From NCBI GenBank assembly GCA_046563655.1, contig CM102288.1:5704001-5768000 (forward strand): DNA of 64,000 bases, given 5' to 3'. The stretch is from Yuukianura sp. NJ FZ-2021 (taxonomy: Eukaryota). The notes under the pieces are model-generated. The model ran no database searches. It saw only the letters and a list, made by a program, of their open reading frames with translations, and was not told the origin of the DNA. Position 1 is the stretch's first letter. The number at the start of each line of letters is the position of its first letter. Shown one piece after another: positions 38,239 to 50,892 of the stretch. A program made the position numbers and the translations under genes.

Positions 38239-41200
38239 ATGCATCTCAACATCTCTCTCGTCATATTTGTTTTCGTTTTCGTTGGCGTTAATCTCAGCAA
38301 CTCTGCCCTAATGGAACACTTAGATCTGGATTTGTATTTGGGCGGTAGTTGGGCCAGTTGTTACAATCATGTAATCATGCACTCCAAATATACAAATATA
38401 CACAGTTCATTTGCCATAACATTAGGTCTAGGTGGACAAATGTGGAAGCCGAGGCGTAACGAACATAGTTCCTGTGCCAATAAGACGAAAACGGGGGACG
38501 TCGTTGAAACAACAAGTCCTGCGTTCTGTGCAAAGGACAATCCCCACTACACGACAAAGTCAATAGATTGCATTGGTGTCATCTCTATTTTTCCCGAATT
38601 CGGCGCAGAACTTGAAATTTTTATGCACTTGGATAACTACTGGTTTCTTAATTTCTTTTACGCGAAAAGAGATGGAGACTCAGGGAGTCCTGGGACTGAA
38701 AAAATCATTTACACACTACCATCATCGTCATACCGTATGCAAAACACTCGGCTGCAAGTAGTAACTAACATATGCGATTTTGAACGGTTCAATGGAATTT
38801 TTTATCTAATGTTTATCAACTTATCAATGAAGAGGTATTTCCGATATATAAGTCGATTCGTAGTAAGAGTAATCTACGAGGCATGTGATGTTACAGTAAC
38901 CAGCGGTAAATTTCACGTCATGATTGGAGTTCCCGCGAATTTTATATTGACACTTGTTGTGTTAAATATCACAACGTTACCCCTACTACTTGAGTTTCAA
39001 TCATTGCACAAACAAGTGTTGAAAACAATACCGATGAAGATGAAACTTGCCGAAACCGAAACTTTGTCTGAAACTTTGCAGATATCGCAGCTTACTTTTC
39101 CGGCAATATATGAGTTCATGATGGCTGCGTTTAACCGAAGTCTCTCCGTTGACGAAACACGTAAATTCTTGACAGTTTTGAGTTGTTGTATGTAAACTCA
39201 TTTTATCAATCAATTATTATTTTATTATTAGTTTATTGGATTTTGGCCAATGCCCTGTTATCAATAACAGTCCTGGAGTTTGTTTAAAGTATTAAAATTA
39301 TTTTATTGTTTTATAATCTATTGTCTAGCGAAAGCAACTCTACGGTTAGGCTAGGCTACGGCGTTCGCAAATTCAGCGCCATCTTTCGCTACTTACGTAT
39401 ACCAGTTTATGACGGTTTTATCTTCAATTTGTTTTGATACGTTTATGGGGCTTCTTCAAGGTTCTTTCTTCTTTGGCAACCGAATTCTATTTCCTACAAC
39501 AGGTTGTCCAATAATTCGGGGTTTTCAAAAATTTTGCATCAAATAGTTTTCTCCCAATTTTAGTTATACGTTTTCCATCAAGTCTTTTTCAAACTGAATC
39601 TCATCACTCATCAGGAATAGGAACAAAATTGGACTAAGGCCAAAAATTGCCACAGAAATGGAGGTTAAGCGGTTTAATTTTTTTTCCCAAGATATTAAAA
39701 AAAACCTAAGTTATTGGACAACCTGGTGTAGAAAATGTTTTTTCTTTGTTTACAAACGTTGGATCTTCTTGTTCTAGGTACGATAACGGGACATTATATT
39801 ACTTATTCGACTGGGATCGTTGATCCAGGCGATGTGAAGTTCCCTATTAAGCCCATGAAAATGTATGCGGTTACATGCTATCGCGACGCCTCACTGCTCG
39901 GGCTTAAAGACTACACACGTCCCTTTACTGGAAATACATGGATGTGGTTATGCGTATCATTTGTTGTCGCTTTTACGTTTTTTGCGACTTGTACACACTA
40001 CAGGGCTGTATCGCTTCAAGTTCTTGCGTTCATGTACTCAACATCGTTGGAAGTCGGCTTCTCACTGAGTAAAGTGCCAGGCAAGATTGCTATATCGCCC
40101 ATTTATACAAATGTGCTAACAGGTTATGCCATAACTCCGATTTTTTTTTTCTAAAACAAAACACAGCAACTTTTATATCAATTTTATTGAGACGGTAGAG
40201 GTCGCGTGAATTTTCCTCCAGTCAAATACATGAAAAAGTTGATTTTCAATGAATTTTTCGAAATTTCAATTCCTTCAAAAGTAAGTGTAAAAGTGAATTT
40301 TTCAAAATTTTGCCACGTCAAAAAGTTAGAGAACAGGTGAGTTTTTCACGAGACCAACATTTCGACACGGTAGAGGTCACGTGAATTTTCCTCCAGTCAA
40401 ATACATCCAAAAGTCAAATTTCGTCATAGTTTTTATTTCAAATTGCTATCGCAACGCAACAGCGTCAGATGTGCGGTTCTAAAACTTTGAAAACTTGAAA
40501 AAAGGAGTTATGGTATAACCTGTTAAGAAAAATAAAAAAAAATTCAACTTAAACAACCTTGGTTCCAGGCATGCGTGGGAAGGGGCTGCAAGCATTCACT
40601 GCATTATTTCTGTTGATGGCTCTTGTGCTTACAAATGGATACAAAGGGATTGTTACTACGTCGCTTGCGCTGCCATTCCCTGGGAAAGAATTGGATTCTA
40701 TTGAAGATGCATTGGCCCAGAACTACAGTTTTGTCGAAGATGCTGAATTACATCAAATATACCGTGAATGCTGTAACCACCCAAATTTATTGAATCGGGT
40801 CCTAAGTAAGGGTGATACACTTGATACATTGTTTGTAAAGGACGAAGAGACTTGCGGTGAGTATGTTACCTCGTCTGCACAATACCGCTGGATGATCAGA
40901 TTTAAATATTTTGAAATAGAGTTTGTGGGTGCCTCCGACCCAAAGCCAGTTACTGAAAATGTGCATGAACGGCTAAATAAAATTAGAGAGCAAGGCAAGG
41001 CTAGAATGTACGAATACAAGTTGATTAAAAACATTCAAATTTTGCCATGTAACGTAACTTTAGAACAAAAAATAGGACAGCAGAAGAAGGAATTCTTGAT
41101 AAAGTCTACTGTTATGGCCACTTCTTCGTCCAAGAAATTCTTAGATTTGATTTCCCAAGTGGATTTCGAAAGGAATAGTTCTGGTAATTGCTATTCGTTT

Positions 41201-41584
41201 TTGGACAAAACTTTGTTTGCACAGGATCAAATGTTTGGTATCCTATTGCATGTTTACACTACAGGTACTGGTACAGGTGCAGCTAGAGGTTCACACTATA
41301 GCTACGATGTAGCAGATAGTTTGAAACGTCTCGCGGAGTCTGGCATTATGGCTGGTCGTTATAATATTTACGATTACGTAAATATTAAACGAAAGCTTAA
41401 GACGATCTGGTCCTTGGTGGGACATCAAACTGCGGGACCACAAAAATTAAGTTTGGATTCCAGGGTGTGGGTGGTATTTTTGTTGTTGCCGACTGGATCA
41501 ATTTTGGCACTCATTTCGGCTATGGTAGAAGTTGTAGTGATGCCGAACTACATTCATATCAAAGCTCTTGTGACAAGTATGTAA
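38239..41584 (+). CDS. Divergent ionotropic receptor, copy 4 (carries an extra intron)
   Basis: Exons 38239-39160, 39778-40080, 40569-41584; LDLDLYLGGSWASCYNHVIM, DYTRPFTGNTW, VPG|MRGKGLQAF, LTNGYKGIVTTSL, LAESGI. Confidence 0.78.
39497..39728. mobile_element. TA-flanked MITE (Tc1/mariner-like) in intron 1 of IR copy 4
   Basis: TA|caacaggttgtccaataa ... ttattggacaacctggtg|TA. Confidence 0.75.
40119..40523. mobile_element. TA-flanked MITE in intron 2 of IR copy 4
   Basis: TA|acaggttatgccataactcc ... ggagttatggtataacctgt|TA (1 mismatch in 20 bp); internal ~40-bp direct repeat acggtagaggtc(g/a)cgtgaattttcctccagtcaaatacat. Confidence 0.85.
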
Positions 41585-41846
41585 GTGTAACCATATTTGG
41601 AAGGACTCATACCAATTACATTACTAGAATTTGAAAACAATTTGAGTACGTTTTAGTTGAGATTTTAGGTAATTTTTGATAGCTTATTTGACTGATACCT
41701 TAGTATAATCATTGTAGTAACCCGTATTTGTATGTGTTTATTGGGGGAGTAGACATCTATAGTTTAACTGGCACACGTTGGTGTTTCTAACGTTCTTTAA
41801 ATGTAGCTATGTCTAGGTTAACTATTATAAGGTTCTTTGAAAATTG

Positions 41847-42381
41847 GGTCGAAGTAAACTTGGGCCCCCCGCCTGTCCCCACCCGTTCAAATTTTCGCGC
41901 TGCTTCAATTGTCCCCACCCATTGTCCCCACCTGGTGGGGACAAATGTCCCCACTTGGTGGGGACAAATCTGTACCCACCAGCCGTACACCGAGTCCCTC
42001 TAGCGGCTGAAGTGGAACTAGCGAATTCGAGCTGGCAACGTTGTAGCATTGCTCCGTTGTACCCACTCAGGGCAGATGTAATCAACATAGCGAAATTCAA
42101 TAAGTCAAACCTACTGACGTAATCAGTATTGCGTGCTTTACCAAACCTAACGCCGCGCCTTCGGCGCGGGAACATATAACAGGATTTATCAAATCAAAAA
42201 GGAAAAAACGTTGCCAGGTTGAATTCAAAGGTTACTGTATTGCCGCTGGGTGGACGCACTGCTGTTGGTTGTGGTGGGGACAAATGTATCCATCCGGTGG
42301 GGACACTGGGTGGGTACAATGGAGGCAGCGCGAAAATTTGAACGGGTGGGGACAGGCGGGGGGCCCAAGTTTACTTCAACC
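41847..42381. mobile_element. Non-autonomous DNA transposon with ~85-bp GC-rich TIRs and 8-bp TSD (GG termini; Merlin/hAT-like)
   Basis: TSD GAAAATTG at 41839-41846 and 42382-42389; TIR ggt(c/t)gaagtaaacttgggccccccgcctgtccccacccgttcaaattttcgcgctgc nearly perfect. Confidence 0.92.
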
Positions 42382-43099
42382 GAAAATTGGGTAATTGGGT
42401 TGGGTAGTTGGGCAGTTTGATTAATTTGAAACTAAGATTATCTTGCGATTATTCGTCAACAGATTAAATATGTTTGGCATCCCTGATAATAAGATACTTA
42501 ACAGATATACGTGGAAAAAATATTTCCTTAAAACAGGCGAAATATTTCAATATTAAATTTTTGGATCAAACACCTTCAAATATTTACTTAATTAGCATTA
42601 AGGCATGGGAAAATCAATAAATATTTAGTACTAAAAATATTGATTGCGCTAACATCACGGTCATTGCAGCTAAATATTTTTTCCATGCATAAAATAACAT
42701 ATGTAGTTAATTTAACATGTTACAAATGCACTAGTGATAACACTGATTGACTGATTTGAATAAAAAGTTGTGTGTTCACAATTGAGACACCGTCTTTACT
42801 TCAACCCAATCTCGAAATAAGAACAGTCGGAGTAATCCGATGAGTCCTAGGATTGGTGTTACTCCATATAGCATTAAAATACGGTGGAGATCAATTGAGG
42901 GCTGTTGTACCCTACTGCACTTTTTTTTTTGTTTCTTGCAGAAGTTGTAAAGTTAGTACTTCGTCTTTACCTATTGCCCATCGTTCTACAAGGAAACGAT
43001 TCAATTCGAACCAGGGTGAGTGCAGCAACGAAGGAAACTCGGTTGGATATCTTAATTAACAAGGAATCTTCCGTAAAGGATAACCGGAGGGCTGGCAAA

Positions 43100-45718
43100 A
43101 TGGCGGACGAGTTTGATGTGGACGAAATGCTAGAAGCAGCATATGCTCGGAAATCGGTAAGATAAGCGACGTTTCAACGATTATTCATTACGGTTAGTTT
43201 TGACGAAGTTTAGGTATCACTGAAATGATAGCCCTGGTTGGTTGGAATCTTATCCGTTTTTGCCCAATACGCGAGTAATCAAGTCCACTACTATTTTAGT
43301 TTGAGACTTTTGGAGAAAGTAAACCTAATTACGTACGTATTTTCTAGCCTAACTCTAATTCCAAATGGTTGGTTAGGTTCCAGCACTATGGGGTTGGATT
43401 CTATCTTTTTGGCCCAATCCATTTTACTCAAGTTGGTAAAAACCAGTTGGTTTGTCATCAAAATTTTACTAATGCTTTGATTTTTTCTTTTCTTTTTTCC
43501 ATGACCTTGTTTTGTCCCCTCAATCGTTGATGATTTCCTTACTCCTTGTTTTACCTCCCTCCCTACCCTGTTTATCCTTCCTTTGTAAAAAATGAAACGG
43601 AATACTACATATCTGGATGAATTTAGAGTGACGAACACACGAGCTCTAAGAAGAACGGAAGTTATCACCGGGATCGTGGAAATGAATCTGGAAAGTAAGT
43701 GAAAGAAAAATAAATCAGCTGTTGTAGGAATTTTTAACTTTTGGTTTAAACATTGTGTTGTTGTTTTCAGTGATGATGAGGAAGAGGAATACGGCCCAAA
43801 GGTGTTGAGGAAGGACGAAAAAGAATCACGGTCACACAGAAGAAGTAAAAGTCGGGATCGTGATAGGAAGTCACGCAGAAGCCGTAGCAGAGAACGCAGA
43901 CGAAGGAGCCGAAGTCGGGAACATCGCCGGAGTAGGAGCCGGGAGAATCGACGACGAAGTCGTAGTAAGGACAAGGACAGACACCGTGATAAGGAGGGGA
44001 GACGATCTTCGCCGCTGCGTGAGAGTCGTGGTAGGAGACATGAAGGAAGAGGTCGTTCCAGAAGCGGCACACCGACGAGACTTCGGTTGGGTCCGAAACG
44101 GTCACGGTCACCTTTACAACTTGGATCGGACACTCCTTTGTCACCGGAAGAGCGGGACGCTCGAACCGTTTTCTGCATGCAACTTAGCCAGCGGATTCGG
44201 GCAAGGGACTTGGAGGAATTCTTTTCTACTGTCGGGAAGGTGAGAAGTCGAACTTGAGATAAGAGCAAGTTAAAATTAATGTAATTGATAATTGAGCTCA
44301 TCTTTTGTTAGGTTCGTGATGTGCGTATGATCACTTGCAACAAAACCAGACGATTCAAGGGAATTGCCTACATAGAGTTCCGTGACATAGACTCAGTTGC
44401 TCTGGCTCTTGGTCTAAACGGACAAAAACTGCTTGGAGTTCCAATAATCGTGCAACCTTCACAAGCAGAGAAGAATCGTGCAGGTCAACTGGCAAAGGCT
44501 GGACAACTGGCTGCAGCCATGGCTACTTCTACACCAGGACCAATGAAACTTTATGTCGGATCGCTTCACTTTAACATCACAGAAGACATGCTGCGCGGAA
44601 TATTTGAACCGTTCGGCAGAATCGACGAAATCCTTCTGATGAAGGACCATGAAACAGGACGGTCGAAGGGATTTGGATTTATGACGGTAAGTATGCGACG
44701 CAACACAAGTTTAATTATTCGATGCTTCAATTGAATCAATTGAATTGTTACATGATTTAATTGATGGATCGATTGAACTACTTTAGTTTCACGAAGGAGA
44801 AGATGCCAAGAGAGCAATGGAGCAACTGAATGGATTCGAAATTGCTGGAAGGCCAATGAAAGTTGGTTATGTCACGGAGAAGTCAGAGAGTACGTTTTAC
44901 CACAACCCACAAACGTTTTTGGACACAGATGAAATGGATAGAGCCGGAGTCAACTTGGGAGTGACTGGACGACTCCAGCTGATGGCAAAGTTGGCCGAAG
45001 GTAACAATATGCAATATGTTATGCTAGTTAGTTAAGTTAGTTGGATAAGTTAAAACATTGTTTGATTATACTCTTTGACTGAATTGTCGATGCTTTATTA
45101 GGTACGGATTTGAAGTTGCCCGAGGCTGCCACGACTGCTCTCAACATGCAGAACTTACCGTATCAGCAACAAGGCTCTTCCCCTCAAGCTACGCCGATTC
45201 CACCCATTGCAACGCAGTGCTTCATGCTGTCCAACATGTTTGATCCCTTGCAGTAAGAATTTTGAATTTTCCCTCCATTTTTTCACTTAAAATTGTTCAC
45301 ACAATGTAAATCTGGTTGGTATTTTAGGGAACTTGGAAACACACGATTTGAGAGTGAGCTCAAAGATGAAGTTCTGGAGGCCTGTGCACCGCATGGAGGA
45401 GCAGTTCATGTTTTCGTGGACATGAACACACCTTCGGGCAATGTCTATATCAAGTGTCCATCAGTGAGCGCCGCAGTTGCTGCTGTGACGAACCTGCACG
45501 GAAGATGGTTCGGCGGAAGAGTTATCACGGGTAAGATTCTGCCTTAAGTTATAAACTGAAGTTAAGCTATGTAAAGATAACTCAAGACGTTTCACAACGT
45601 TTACTTGACGTTTTTCTTTTCATTTTCAGCTGCCTATGTCCCTCTCCTGAACTACCACAGTTTATTTCCCGACGCCATGGCGGCACAGACAGCAGTCTTG
45701 CAACCTTCAAAGAAATAA
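43100..45718 (+). CDS. RBM39: RNA-binding protein 39 (Caper): RS domain + RRM1 + RRM2 + UHM
   Basis: MADEFDVDEMLEAAY, RS domain, PEERDARTVFCMQLSQRIRARDLEEFFS, PMKLYVGSLHFNITEDMLRGIFEPFG, GRLQLMAKLAEG, IATQCFMLSNMFDP, LHGRWFGGRVIT|AAYVPLLNYHSLFPDA. Confidence 0.97.
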
Positions 45719-46218
45719 GTTACAGGAGCATCTGATCCAGGAGCCAGCAGATCCTGTAATCTGAAATGTTAATTGTATAATCTTAGTTGCACGTTACTTC
45801 CTTCCCTGTTGACTACACGTCCAACATGAGTCAGCATCTTTGCAAAATACTTTACATAAAGAATAAACGTTTAATTTGATATCTCCTCTGTTTTTTGAAG
45901 AAACAATACGCTTTCCAAGAAAGAGGTCGTCTGTGCCCTTTCCGTAGCCTTACGAAAAGCCTTAGGACTAGAACGGTCTATCATTGAATGATAGACAGGT
46001 CTATTATTCAAACTAAATAGCATCATAGAATAATTTTGATGCTATTCAGTTTGAAGCTTTGTGATATCTAGGGCAACCCTGTCACAGCATAATTGTTTAG
46101 GTTCTTCTTTCTTTCTTTTAATTTCTTTTGAGTTCAGTAGCTTTGCGTTGATTGGCGCAAAACGTTGGAATCGTTTGAATCAAATACCACTTCAATTGCT
46201 TGATTCCTATGCATCGCT

Positions 46219-46959
46219 ATGGTTCCTTTACTTCTCATCGTACTTCTGGCTAACTTTAAAGATGTAGCTGAGGCAGCTAGTCTAGGCAACGACACTACTT
46301 TCGAAATGGAAAACTCAAACGACAATCGTAATGTAATAAAAATTAACTTAGGTTAACTATGGAGTATGAATGTAGAAAAATTGAATTTTACACACCAGGA
46401 AGTCTCAAAAATATGTCATAGAAGTTACTATAGCGCTGACTAAATTTTGGGTTTTATAGCTTTTTTTGGAACGAGAGCCGATGTGGTGAAATGTGACGAT
46501 CAGAATCCGTGCCCACCATACGCCTCAGCTTCTAAATACAAGAACGAATGCGTTCTGGGAGTTTGCATTCGTTGTATCAAGTACCATAAAGTGTGTTCTC
46601 GAACGGAAGAAGGCGGGCTAAGTCCATGTTGCAAAACAGCAGGAAAAGAAGACGTACTATGTTATAATTCTCATGATCAAGGTCATAGGGACGCTGGTAC
46701 CTGCAGTGAAGATCCTTGTACCGGACATGAGCTGATAGCGGGCTACGGCATAACAGGTGTTTATAACAATGCCAAACGCTGTAATATTGGTTATGGAAAG
46801 AACCCAGACCGGTACCAGTACGTGTGCGTTGGTAAGGTGTGCACGGAATGCGGAGCGGAAGGAGCCCCTTGTCAGTCGGATTTCAATTGCTGGATTCCTG
46901 GCGCTTCGCTATGGTTCCTTTACTTCTCATCGTACTTCTGGCTAACTTTAAAGATGTAG
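46219..46959 (+). pseudogene. Cys-rich secreted protein copy A, truncated at ~46881 and fused to the 5' flank of copy B
   Basis: Exon 1 46219-46327, exon 2 from 46460. Homology to copies B/C stops at CQSD; the sequence then continues as ttcaattgc(t)ggattcc..atggttcctttac, i.e. the paralogous 5' UTR and exon 1. Confidence 0.8.
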
Positions 46960-47749
46960 CTGAGGCAGCTAGTCTAGGCAACGACACTTTCGAAACGGAA
47001 AATTCAAACGACAATCGTAATTTAAAAAGAAAAAATTACTTACAATAAAAATGGAGTAATGTAGAAAAATTGAATTTTACGCACCAGGAAGCCCCCAAAA
47101 ATTTGTCAACGAATTACTACTTCTAACTAAATTAATGATTTTAGTAGCTTCTTTTGGGACGAGAGCTGATGTGGTAAAATGTGACGAGAAGACTCCATGT
47201 CCAACGTACCCCAAAGGTATTAAATACAAGAACGAGTGCATTCTGGGAGTTTGCGTTCGTTGCATCATGTACAATGAACTGTGTTCTCGAACCGAAGCAG
47301 GCGGGCTTGATCCATGTTGCAAAACAGCAGGAAAGGAAGACGTACTATGTCGTAATCCTAAGCTTACCAATAGTAGGAGTAATGGTAAATGCGTTGAAGA
47401 TATTTGTGCCAGCGAACATATGCTGTTACCGGGCTTCTCCAAGTTAGGGGATTACAACAATGCCAAACGCTGTGACTTTGGTTATGGAAAGAACCCAGAC
47501 CTGTACCAATACTTTTGCGTTGGTAAGGTGTGTACGGAATGTGGAGCAGAAGGGGCCCTTTGTCAGTCGGACGCCGATTGTTGCAAATTTGCGAGGTGCG
47601 AAACGGAAAAGAAAAAGAAAGTTTGCCGACGGAAATGCGGAGATCAAGGGTGGATTTGCACAGACAGACCAGGCTATTGCTGCAAAGGACTCAAATGTGA
47701 AGTGTACGAATCAGGCGGAGGTAGATCAACCAACTACAACTGTGTTTGA
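46911..47749 (+). CDS. Cys-rich secreted multi-knottin-like protein copy B
   Basis: Exons 46911-47016 (SP MVPLLLIVLLANFKDVAEA + acidic linker) and 47148-47749; three C-x6-C-xn-CC-xn-C-xn-C modules. Confidence 0.8.
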
Positions 47750-48330
47750 AAACTATTGGAAATTTTGTAGTGGGGCAAGTGGGAGGTTTTGAAACTATTT
47801 TTAGTAATCTGCTGTAGTTGCTGTAGTTTGGAATTAGCTAACAAAGAAAATAAATTTTACGATCGTATACGCCAAGGAACATGGAACAAGTTAAATTTTT
47901 TCTATTAATTTTGGTAATATATTTGTCAATTTTGAAGACTTGCATGACATTGTTAGGAGAAGGCTAAAATTCTGACACGAGCACCAATGAGTTAAGAAAT
48001 TCAATTTTTAGAGTCAACTTTTAGGTTTAATGGGCACAAGGTCAAGAGATAGAATGGAATACACAATATGTCCCTCCAACAAAATATTATGCTATTTAGA
48101 CTAACATTTTTATTTTACCGTATTTTCTCGCAGACAACACGCTCTTTGCGTATAACTCGCATCCTCAAACTCTCGCATAATGTATACGTTGTCAAAAACA
48201 GGTTTATAAATTCACGAATTTTAACAAAAGTCTATTTCGCTAATTTCCCGAAGTTTCACAGATTACGCGTGCGTTATGTTCGGGAAAATATGGTTACTAA
48301 CAGACATGCCACAAATATTTAGTCTCCATG
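47750..48330. repeat. Duplicated copy of ~50615-51345 (3' flank plus relic of the aminoacylase 3' end and intron)
   Basis: Collinear matches, e.g. tttagtaatctgctgtagtt, atacatttgtcaattttgaa, atgggcacaaggtcaagag, ggaatacacaatatgtc, caacaaaatattatgcta, taccgtattttctcgc; ~200 bp of the last coding exon is missing. Confidence 0.85.
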
Positions 48331-48930
48331 CAGCTAGTGTTATTTTATTTTTCCTCATTTCTTTACTACATATTTTGTGCTTTCTTCATATCTCCAAATA
48401 TTTCGACGTTTTTGAATAAAAGTGCTTAATATTTAAATATTTCCCTGGTTTTTAGAAAATATTTTTGGCACGTTTGGTAATTAGGTTAGGTGTCAAATTA
48501 CGCAGGTATATGTTTAATAGTGACTAATAGTCTCGTATACAGTCTTGTTTTTCAACAAAATCTGGAGTAAGTAAACCCACAAGTTTTTTTTTTTAATTTT
48601 TGCTCGACGGATGCCCGGCCTTGGACCTCAGTGGAGCACGGCCCTGCTTTGTTTTTGTCTCTTTTTTTTTCGAAGAAACCTTAGAAAGAGGTCGTTGTTT
48701 CAATGTGTTCCAATTTTCGTAAAAAAGCCTAACGACTAGAACTGTCCATCATTTGAAGCTATTGAATTTGAAGCTATGCGATATCTAGGGCAATCCTTGT
48801 GACAGAATAATTGTGAATAACAGCAAGGTAGATTTCTTTTCAGTTCAGTAGATTTCAGTTCTTTGACGCAAAACGTTCGAACCGTTTCAACCAAATACCA
48901 TTTGATCTGTTGGATTCCTGCCGTTTCGCA

Positions 48931-50410
48931 ATGGCTCCTTATATTTTACTTCTCATCGTACTTCTGGCTATCTTTAAAGATGTAGCTGAGGCGGCTAGTC
49001 TAGGCAACGACACTACTTTCGAAATGGAAAATTCAAACGACAATCGTAATTGAATAAGAAAAGATAACTTAGACTTAGGTTGTAACTCGGAGTGTACGTA
49101 AGTAGCGAAAGATGGCGCTGCATTCGAAAACGGCTGGTGATGGTGACGGGGGCATATAACTATGAACTATCACGCATTGAGAATGAACTGTAAAATGAAA
49201 AAAGTTGACCTTTGACCCGGAAGGGGGTCAAATTATGTACGAAAAAGTTGTTGATCTGGATGAGATAAACAGCTTTTGTGGAGCGTATTTCTCGTATTAC
49301 TGTCTATGAGAAACCGAAGCACACCATTGGTACTAAAATGGATTACTTCTAAAGGCAAATTGCTTCTAAAAATTTGTTCCTAATAATGTTAAAGGATAGG
49401 TTTTTTTTTATAAGGAATTTTTAGAAACTTTTCCGTTATAAGCAATTCACTTGAAACGATGGCTGGAACCCTATGAAACAGGTTGACCTTAAACTTTTAT
49501 AGGAGGGAGTTGACCCGCCGTAGTACTATTTAGTTAGTTGAACATTCCGGGGTCACTAGTAAAGTCAATAGTAAAACAGAGCCGTTTCCAAGGTAGCAGC
49601 ACGGCCAAAACATCCGGCCGGCCAGACAGACAGACAAGGCCAAACCAATAAGTAGCTTACGCCACTTACTAAATGGAATACGAGTGTACAAAAATTGAAC
49701 TTTGCGAACGACCTAGAAATGCAACTAAACTTTTTTGAAAAAATAAAAAAACTTCAGGAATTACGCTACTTTAAACAAAATTATATCAACAAACCTTGAC
49801 TACGGGTGACTAAATTTTGGGTTTTATAGCTTCTATTTGGACGAGAGCCGATGTGGTAAAATGTGACGACCAAACTCCGTGTCCACCGTACACCAGTGAT
49901 CAATACAAGAACGAGTGCGTTCTAGGAATTTGCGTTCTTTGTGCCAAATACCATTCATCGTGTTCTCGAACCGAAGAACGCGGGCCTAGTCCATGTTGCA
50001 AAACACCAGGAAAAGTAGACCTACTATGTCGTAACACTCTGGATGAAGGTAACAGGCGAATTGGTATGTGCATTGAAGATCCTTGTACCGGACATGAGCT
50101 TATAGCGGGCTACGGTATAAAAGGGGTTTACTACAATGCCAAACGCTGCGACATTGGTTATGGAAAGAACCCAGACCTGTACCAGTACGTTTGCGTTGGT
50201 AAGGTGTGTACGGAATGCGGAGCAGAAGGAGCCCCTTGTCAGTCGGACGCCGAATGTTGCAAATTTGCGACCTGCCAAACGGAAAAGAAAAAGAAAGTTT
50301 GTCGACGGAAATGCGGAGACCAAGGGTGGATTTGCACAGACAGGAAAAAATATTGTTGCTCAGGACTCAGCTGTGCACAGTACGCCTCAGGCAAATTTAG
50401 CTGTGTTTGA
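48931..50410 (+). CDS. Cys-rich secreted multi-knottin-like protein copy C
   Basis: Exons 48931-49045 and 49830-50410; same Cys framework as copy B. Confidence 0.8.
49098..49669. mobile_element. Insertion in the copy C intron with short inverted ends and a (CAGA)n tract, DINE-1/Helentron-like or MITE
   Basis: Absent from the short introns of copies A and B; gtaagtagcgaaag ... cttacgccacttac inverted; gccagacagacagac near the right end. Boundaries approximate. Confidence 0.55.
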
Positions 50411-50892
50411 AAAGTTTTAAATTTTGTAGTCGGGCAAGCACCAGATTTATAATAAGCCACTTAGAAATCTGTTTTAGTTTGGGATTAGCTACGAAGAAAA
50501 TAAATGGTTGTACCTCAAGGAACAAAAAAAAAACAAAGTTAAAATTTCTAGATATTGATTTCACACCAGTCGGAATAGGTAAAATTTTACAATCAATAAG
50601 TCGAAATTTCTTTTGGAAATTTTATAGTCGGGCAAGTAGATTTTGAAACCACTTTTAGTAATCTGCTGTAGTTTGGAATAGCTACAAAAAAATAAATTGT
50701 ACGGTCGTACGCCAAGGGACAAGGAAGAACAAGTTAAATTATTTCTATTAGTTTTGGTAATACATTTGTCAATTTTGAATAATTGCATCACATTTTTAGG
50801 AGAATTTAAAATTCTCACACGAGTAGCACCAATGGGTTAAGAAATTCAGTTTTTAGGGTCAACAGGTTGAATGGGCACAAGGTCAAGAGGGC

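Noticed and set aside
43291..44301. 336-aa minus-strand ORF
   Set aside because: Antisense shadow of the RBM39 RS domain.
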